The notes under the pieces: model-generated
Database searches by the model: none
Seen by the model: only the letters and a program-made list of their open reading frames with translations
Told to the model about the DNA's origin: nothing
Made by a program: the position numbers and the translations under genes
Origin: Candidatus Sumerlaeia bacterium
GTDB taxonomy: Bacteria; Sumerlaeota; Sumerlaeia; SLMS01; JANRJK01
NCBI GenBank assembly: GCA_033764015.1
Contig: JANRJK010000046.1
Location: 96,001-160,000 of the forward strand
Reading direction: 5' to 3'
Length of the DNA: 64,000 nt
Part shown: positions 58,364-64,000 of the stretch, in pieces
How the letters are laid out: every line of letters starts with the position of its first letter
Position numbering within the stretch: position 1 is the stretch's first letter

Positions 58364-59218
58364 TCAACCGCCGGGCCGTGCGCGGGCGGCGCGCCAGTTC
58401 CTCGGGCTGAGGCCGGTGTGGCGCCGGAAGGCGGCGCTGAAGGCGAATTCGTCGGAGTAACCGACCGCCCCCGCCACTGCGGCGACGCGCAGGCCCGTGT
58501 GCTCGAGCAGCGCACAGGCCCGGTCCATGCGGGCGCGGGCCACCATTCGCAGCGGCGGCACCCCCCACTGCGCCTTCGCGAGGCGTCGGAAGTGCTGAGG
58601 CGAATAGTGGGCGAGCGAGGCCAACTCAGCCTCCGTCCATCGGCGGGCTGGATCGGCCTCGATGGCGCGCGCCACGGCTCTGACTCGTTCCTCCACCTCG
58701 CGGTCGGCGAGCCCCCCCCCGGCCTGCAACTCTCCGAGTGCGGCCGTGAGCGACCGCGCCACGGCGTGCGCGACCGCGGGTCGATCCATTGCGCGCTCCT
58801 CAGCGTAGACTGAAGCCAAAGCGTGGAGGGTCGCCGCGTCCGATCCCCCCCAAGCGATCACGCCCGAGAAATGCCGCCAACGGGAGCGCGCCGCCAGATG
58901 GAACCAAGCCACCTGCCACTCGCCAGCCGCCACTGAGTAAGCGTAACGGGATCCCGCCGCCAACACCGTGATCGACGGGGAGTCGATGTTCCGTCGACCC
59001 GAGCCCGAGTCCAGCACGGCGCTCCCGTCGGTCGTGGCCAGCACCACATGGTAGCGCGGCGCCGTCCGCTCAACACGGTAGCCCGTCGTGAGGCGGCTAA
59101 CGCCTGCCAGTTGGACGCCTGCTCCGCGCAACGGCTCCGCCGCGGCACCCTCCAGCGGAAGGAAGCGCTCCCGGCATCCAGCGCCGAAGATGAGCGTCTC
59201 AAACAGGTCTTTGAGCAT
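58364..59218 (-). CDS. AraC-family transcriptional regulator
   Basis: WT..ELA..AHYS..HF.R, RM..A..LL, VA.AVGYSDEFAFSAAFRRHTGLSP. Confidence 0.92.
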   Translation of the reverse strand: MLKDLFETLIFGAGCRERFLPLEGAAAEPLRGAGVQLAGVSRLTTGYRVERTAPRYHVVLATTDGSAVLDSGSGRRNIDSPSITVLAAGSRYAYSVAAGEWQVAWFHLAARSRWRHFSGVIAWGGSDAATLHALASVYAEERAMDRPAVAHAVARSLTAALGELQAGGGLADREVEERVRAVARAIEADPARRWTEAELASLAHYSPQHFRRLAKAQWGVPPLRMVARARMDRACALLEHTGLRVAAVAGAVGYSDEFAFSAAFRRHTGLSPRNWRAARARPGG

Positions 59219-59296
59219 TCGCCCCATTCCCCCGACCACTTTTCCGACAATAATCACGGGCAATTCCACCGGAAATCCAACAGAGGTCAACGTCGC

Positions 59297-59998
59297 ATGA
59301 GCGAATCAGTGATGTCACTCCTGCCAACCGTGAACCGGCTCCTTGCCGATCCCGCCTCCTTGGCGCAGGGGTGGGACCGGGCGGCGCAATGGGCGCTCGC
59401 CGGCGAGCTGCTGGCGATCGTCGTGGGCGGATTCGCCGCGCACGGCATCACCTTGGGCCTCGTCCGCCCGGGTTGGCAGACGTTCGCCTCGGCGCTAAAG
59501 GCGCCCCTCGTGCCTCTGCTGTCACTTCTGGTGACGCTTCCTCTCTTGCACGCACTCGCGTTAGTGGTTTCCGGCGGGGGAGGCGTCGCGGCTACAGTCG
59601 CGCTAAGCTTGGTGCCGCTCGCCGTCGCGGGCCTGTTGCTCGGCGCCGCAACTCCGTTGCTGGTCTTCTTCGGCGCGACCTCCGACTACCACTTCTGCAA
59701 ACTGCTGCACGTCGGTACGACGTCGCTAGGCGGCCTTGCGGGAGCACTCGCCCTCCTCCGGACGCTCCGCGCGGCGGACGGCGCATCGCCGACCGTTTTC
59801 TTGCCGTGGGTGCTGGTGTTCTTTTTTGTCGCCGCCCAGATGGCCTGGACTCTTCGCCCCTTCATCGGGGCGCCCGATCAGCCGTTCCGATGGGTGGCCG
59901 CGCGAGGAGGGCGGCTTAACTTCTACAGCGCGGTCGCGCTGTCCCTGCGCGACCGCGTTGCTCCGGCCACCGCCCCTGCCCCCCAAGACCGGGACTGA
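59297..59998 (+). CDS. Conserved multi-TM membrane protein
   Basis: About five TM segments; KAP, QMAWTLRPFIGAP..PF and NFY.AV motifs; divergent from araC. Confidence 0.75.
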   Translation: MSESVMSLLPTVNRLLADPASLAQGWDRAAQWALAGELLAIVVGGFAAHGITLGLVRPGWQTFASALKAPLVPLLSLLVTLPLLHALALVVSGGGGVAATVALSLVPLAVAGLLLGAATPLLVFFGATSDYHFCKLLHVGTTSLGGLAGALALLRTLRAADGASPTVFLPWVLVFFFVAAQMAWTLRPFIGAPDQPFRWVAARGGRLNFYSAVALSLRDRVAPATAPAPQDRD

Positions 59999-60017
59999 AG
60001 CGCCGCCCGCCCGCCCG

Positions 60018-61253
60018 CTACGCCCCGAACTTCTGCAGCTTTCCCGCGTGGCCGAGCGCGAGTTGCATCAGCTCCATGGAGGGGAAGAGGCCGAGCGAGC
60101 CGGTCACGCAGGTGCGTTCGCAGAAGCGCAGGTTGCCGCCGACGTCGGAGGTCTTCGCCGCGATCATCGTGGGCACCGGGTGGAAGCTGTGGCCGCGCAT
60201 CGGCGGCGGCGTGCAATGGTCGCCGGTGACCACGATCACGTCGTTCAGCTTCTCGCCCAGCCAGGCCAGGTGGCGGTCCGTCTCCTCGATGATCGAAATC
60301 TTGCCGCGGCGGTTGCCGTCCTCGCCGTAGGAGTCGGTCTTCTTCACGTGCAGGAAGAAGAAGTCGTACTCGTTCCAGTGCTGCTTGAGCGTCTCGAACT
60401 CGTCGGCGATCTCGGTGCCGGTCTTGAGGATGTCCATGCCGACCAGGCGGGCGACGCCGCGGTAGAGCGGGTGCGTGGCGATGGCGCCGCAGCGCATGCC
60501 CCAGCGCTGCTGAAGGGTCTCGATGCCGGGGTCCTTGGCGAAGCCGCGGAGCGAGAAGCCGTTGGCCTTGGGCTCGTCCTTGATCGCGGCGGACATCTTG
60601 GCGATGGCGGCCTCGATCACCTTGCGGGTGCGCTCCGTGTGCGGGCCCTCGACGGAGGGGCGCACCGGGAGCGGCGCCTTGCCGGTCACCTGCGGGTCCG
60701 TGTCGAGGAACGCCCCCTCGAGGTCCGGCCCGTCGAACACGACGCAGAAGCGGTACTCCTTCACCGGGAGCACCTTGACGGAGACGCCGTCGATGGGCTC
60801 GGCGACGGCGGCCTGCATCTTGGCGCAGACGCGGGTGCCCTCGTCGGAGCCGATGCGCCCCGCGCGGCGGTCGGAGATCAGCCCGGCCGCGTCGAGCGTG
60901 GCGAAGTTGCCGCGCGCGGCGACCTCGTGGGGCTTGAGCGCGTAGTCGACGCCGACCGCCTCGAGCACGCCGCGGCCGATCTCGTTCTCCTCCGCCACCG
61001 GGTCGTAGCCGAACAGCGCCAAGTGCCCCGGGCCCGAGCCCACCGTCATGCCGCGGAGCGCCGGGATGATGCGCCCGAGCGACGCGCGCTGCGCCAAGCG
61101 GTCGAGGTTCGGCGTCGAGGCCGCCTCGAGTTCCGTGGTGCCGTGCGTGGTGGTGCGGATGCCGCCGATACCGTCCATCACAAGGAAGACGATCTTCGAA
61201 TCGGACTTGGTCGCGAGGGACTTGAGGATGGCGAGGTGGCGCGGGTTCGACAT
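60018..61253 (-). CDS. apgM: 2,3-bisphosphoglycerate-independent phosphoglycerate mutase (ApgM type)
   Basis: VMDGIGG, TELEAA.TPNLD, GSGPGHLALFGYDP, RGNFAT, DRRAGRI, DTDPQ, HVKKTDSYGEDG, TGDHCTP, HSFHPVP. Confidence 0.92.
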   Translation of the reverse strand: MSNPRHLAILKSLATKSDSKIVFLVMDGIGGIRTTTHGTTELEAASTPNLDRLAQRASLGRIIPALRGMTVGSGPGHLALFGYDPVAEENEIGRGVLEAVGVDYALKPHEVAARGNFATLDAAGLISDRRAGRIGSDEGTRVCAKMQAAVAEPIDGVSVKVLPVKEYRFCVVFDGPDLEGAFLDTDPQVTGKAPLPVRPSVEGPHTERTRKVIEAAIAKMSAAIKDEPKANGFSLRGFAKDPGIETLQQRWGMRCGAIATHPLYRGVARLVGMDILKTGTEIADEFETLKQHWNEYDFFFLHVKKTDSYGEDGNRRGKISIIEETDRHLAWLGEKLNDVIVVTGDHCTPPPMRGHSFHPVPTMIAAKTSDVGGNLRFCERTCVTGSLGLFPSMELMQLALGHAGKLQKFGA

Positions 61254-61558
61254 GGTTCCGGGCTCCAGGGAGCGTTCGTGTGGCTGCGTCAAGTCACGGG
61301 AGCGGGAAACGGCGGGGCAACGGTTCTCAGGAGGGGGACGGTGCGACGGGCAGGTGGCGGCGCGACGGGCGCGGTGCGACGGGCAAGGTATCGCGGGCGA
61401 CCCGCCCGCGCGGCCCCCCGCTCCGAAGGAAGGTTTTCTTCACGCGAGGCCGCGATGACGCGGACAGGTCAGCAGCGGCGCCGCGCAGAGGTCAAGAGGC
61501 GTGCGAGGTAGGGGCGCGCCGAACCCACACCAAGCCTTCTGCCGGGCTCATCCATCCG

Positions 61559-62404
61559 CTACTCCTCGGAAAACGGTTCCTTCCAAGGGCCCACCTCGGC
61601 CAGCCGTTCGTCACAGTACTTGACGAGCGCCTCTTGTAGTTCCGGGTCATCCACCACGACGTGATCACGGATCATCAAGTACTTGTAGCGGTTCCACTCG
61701 CGGATACGCAGCCACCCGAGGAACTTCTCTTCCTTGCTGCTGCCGAGTGGATAACTCCAAGCCCAAGTCTCAAACTCGGTCTTGATCTTCTCGGACTTGT
61801 CGAGTTGCAAGAGCGCAATCTGCATGTCTGCAGTGCGAAAATGAACGAGAAGCTTCTCGACGAACGGACGCTGCTCCTCCATGAGTTCTTGCTCGGTTGC
61901 TGGGAAAACCCCTGCAGAGATTGAGTTCTCCCTGAAGAACTCCACTTCTTCTTCAAACTCCTCCCGAGTTAGTGCCACATCAGGGAAGCCTGCGGCTGCC
62001 TCCTCCGCTTCTCGAAAGAGAGTCGCGATGCCCTCTTCGTCCTCCGATGGCAGCTTGGCTGCGCGGGGGATCAACTCCCCACGGATTCGCGCGATTGCCA
62101 AATACTTCTCGCCGAACCCGAGAACGTGCCCGTGAGCCACGTACTCGGAGTATGCGGCTTGGAACTCGGCTTCAGAAATTCCGCCTTGCCGGGCCTTGAG
62201 CCACTGTGTTAGGTGTTGATCGGAGAACTCTACCAACCAATCCACCCTCTGCCTTTGCGGCTGGGAAGGCGAACTCAATTCAAGCGGAAGGTTGTCAACC
62301 GCCCCAAATCCTTGAACTGTTTGCGCAGGCAGGTTCAAGCCCAAAGATGCGAGGAGGATCATCATCAGCACGTGATTCACCAAGCTAAGTTTACTCTTGC
62401 TCAC
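61559..62404 (-). CDS. Hypothetical exported helical protein (lower-GC island)
   Basis: GTGA overlap with the upstream gene; hydrophobic N-terminal segment; acidic helical composition. Confidence 0.65.
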   Translation of the reverse strand: MSKSKLSLVNHVLMMILLASLGLNLPAQTVQGFGAVDNLPLELSSPSQPQRQRVDWLVEFSDQHLTQWLKARQGGISEAEFQAAYSEYVAHGHVLGFGEKYLAIARIRGELIPRAAKLPSEDEEGIATLFREAEEAAAGFPDVALTREEFEEEVEFFRENSISAGVFPATEQELMEEQRPFVEKLLVHFRTADMQIALLQLDKSEKIKTEFETWAWSYPLGSSKEEKFLGWLRIREWNRYKYLMIRDHVVVDDPELQEALVKYCDERLAEVGPWKEPFSEE

Positions 62405-63426
62405 GGGCAGTCTCCGCAACATGGATTGAGGGCGGGAAGCGGAACACGTAAGGTTTGCCGAATATTCCCCCTATCTGAGTCCAAGTGAGCACCAAGTAGA
62501 ATCCTCGCAAAGAGTTTGAACGACGCTTCACCCGAACTTCCACAAGGGATGGTGAAGTCTACCGCTCCGTCCCGACAAACACTATTCTGTCCTATCACGA
62601 ATTCCTGACAATTTTGGAGTCGCACTAAGTCAACTTCAGGATTGCTCGACATGCTAAAGTCCACTTCTGGATCATCAAAAGCCTTGCTCGGCTCAATCTG
62701 ATTTGAGCCATTTAGCATGTAGAAAGTGAAGGTTGTTGTGGTCCCCCTCATCTCGCCATTGCAATTCTCGAATCGCACAACGGCAGTCCAAACCACAGAA
62801 ATGGGGGTAAGGTTCACCATGTCCACGAAACTTCCCCTCGCTGTGACGCGTTCACTCTTACATCTCCAAATCTTGAAAGTTATGGAGTCTGTTGCCGAAC
62901 TTTCAGATGCACTACAGTCTCCGCTACCGTTACCTGCGCCTTGGGCAATCACCTTAAGTGTCACAGTTGCACAGCCATTCTCAGGTCTTTCTGGAGTGAA
63001 CAAGAATCGACTTGGACGCACTGCCTCAGGTTGGCCACCCCCGCCTTGGCCAACAATCCAAGTATACGACATAACCTGCGGGACTTGCTTCACAATTCGC
63101 CTCCCGGCAGGCTTAGACTCATCTACGCACACATCAATATCTGATGCTCCCTCTTCTTGGATAGGTATCATCAAGCCCTCTGACCACTCGACGCACATGT
63201 CCTCTGCTAGGCGAGCCGAAGTGATAGTTCCTACAGTGGTCGTCCCGAGTTTGGCATCTGTCTCACTATAGAACGGTAGGAGGATCGATCCCCGAGGACA
63301 GCATTCCTCCTCCGGAGGTGGCCCTGCGTACAGATGCAAACTTGGAACCACAGCAAGAAGTAGAGCAATAACAACCCGCAGCTTACACTTCGCCACGATA
63401 GAATCAGTGTTGACCAATGAAGGCAT
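62401..63426 (-). CDS. Hypothetical secreted Cys-rich beta protein (lower-GC island)
   Basis: Signal-like KLRVVIALLLAVVPSLHLYA; 14 Cys in the predicted mature part; ends PCCGDCP. Confidence 0.68.
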   Translation of the reverse strand: MPSLVNTDSIVAKCKLRVVIALLLAVVPSLHLYAGPPPEEECCPRGSILLPFYSETDAKLGTTTVGTITSARLAEDMCVEWSEGLMIPIQEEGASDIDVCVDESKPAGRRIVKQVPQVMSYTWIVGQGGGGQPEAVRPSRFLFTPERPENGCATVTLKVIAQGAGNGSGDCSASESSATDSITFKIWRCKSERVTARGSFVDMVNLTPISVVWTAVVRFENCNGEMRGTTTTFTFYMLNGSNQIEPSKAFDDPEVDFSMSSNPEVDLVRLQNCQEFVIGQNSVCRDGAVDFTIPCGSSGEASFKLFARILLGAHLDSDRGNIRQTLRVPLPALNPCCGDCP

Positions 63427-63444
63427 CGTCGGAATTCTCCTGTG

Positions 63445-63999
63445 TCATTCGCTTGTTGAATTGGTTTGGGAGTCGATCTTGGAAATCCAGCGACGCGCGA
63501 ACTGGGCGTTCTGGGACCGTGGGTACACCGTTTCGTTTACGACACGCTGAAAGAGTTCTCTTGCCTCTACAAGCTGGCCAGTATGATAGCGTGTACAGGC
63601 CAAATAGAAGAGCACCTCCTCATAAATGCGAGCCGATTCCAATTCTGTCGGTCGCGAATCGAAGAGATCGAGACTTTCTAGTAGAGGAACTGAAGCGCTC
63701 TCGTAATCACCCTCCTCGAAATGTGTGACTCCGATCCAAAGCAGAGAGTCAGCGACAGCGAGTTGCTCCGTCACCGAGCCCAGTCGGGAATACAGGATCG
63801 CCCTAGCACGCTCAGGACTCTTGACACTATAGAGTTCGTATTTCGCAGCGGCCATCATCGCATCTGATGCGACGGGAATCTCGGGGAAACGTGAGATGAT
63901 CTGTAGGTCGATCTCGTTCGCCTTTGAGAGTTCGCCGCTAGCAACGAACTCTCTTCTTAGTGCCGCGAGGTCGTCGACGGTCGCTCTGGAAAACTCGAC
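63445..63999 (-). CDS. TPR-like protein, 5'-truncated by the window edge
   Basis: Frame stays open to the window end; TPR-like A.SLLWIG..HF..GDY..A and LFYLA...Y..G...EA..LFQRVV...YP.S..A..A. Confidence 0.7.
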   Translation of the reverse strand, partial: VEFSRATVDDLAALRREFVASGELSKANEIDLQIISRFPEIPVASDAMMAAAKYELYSVKSPERARAILYSRLGSVTEQLAVADSLLWIGVTHFEEGDYESASVPLLESLDLFDSRPTELESARIYEEVLFYLACTRYHTGQLVEARELFQRVVNETVYPRSQNAQFARRWISKIDSQTNSTSE

Positions 64000-64000
64000 C

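Larger units (their letters stand above)
61540..64000. other. Lower-GC, probably horizontally acquired island (continues past the window)
   Basis: Abrupt visible rise in A/T content and A/T-ending codons; no integrase or transposase inside the window. Confidence 0.75.

Overview
64 kb of ordinary chromosome from a very GC-rich diderm bacterium. The paralogous prepilin-like proteins ending in YDPTNGTxSxGxI and the secreted proteins ending in a short D-x-W-x-x-Y-x motif recall Candidatus Sumerlaeota (BRC1); this is an inference from memory, not a database result. About 55 CDS and one tRNA-Ser(UGA) are supported. Housekeeping genes: infC(AUU start)-rpmI-rplT behind an L20-leader-like attenuator, ylxM-ffh-rpsP, scpAB, upp, argC, mqnC, apgM and pilT. 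Other content: starch-related enzymes, three membrane Ser/Thr kinases, regulators (sigma54 response regulator, Rrf2, ECF sigma/anti-sigma, AraC, histidine kinase), scattered ABC parts, an MTase plus putative endonuclease cassette, an orphan vsr, and two lower-GC islets encoding Cys-rich secreted proteins. Best leads: (1) a candidate C-terminal sorting signal shared by unrelated secreted proteins, alongside GspG-like pilins and a stand-alone secretin; (2) a DUF1611/DgcN-like P-loop protein translationally coupled to argC, a possible non-orthologous ArgA or ArgB; (3) a non-canonical class III cyclase fused to a receptor kinase; (4) a catalytically degenerate ADP-ribosylglycohydrolase. No CRISPR, rRNA, transposase or integrase was seen. 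Start codons were refined by eye and GC comparisons were not computed.
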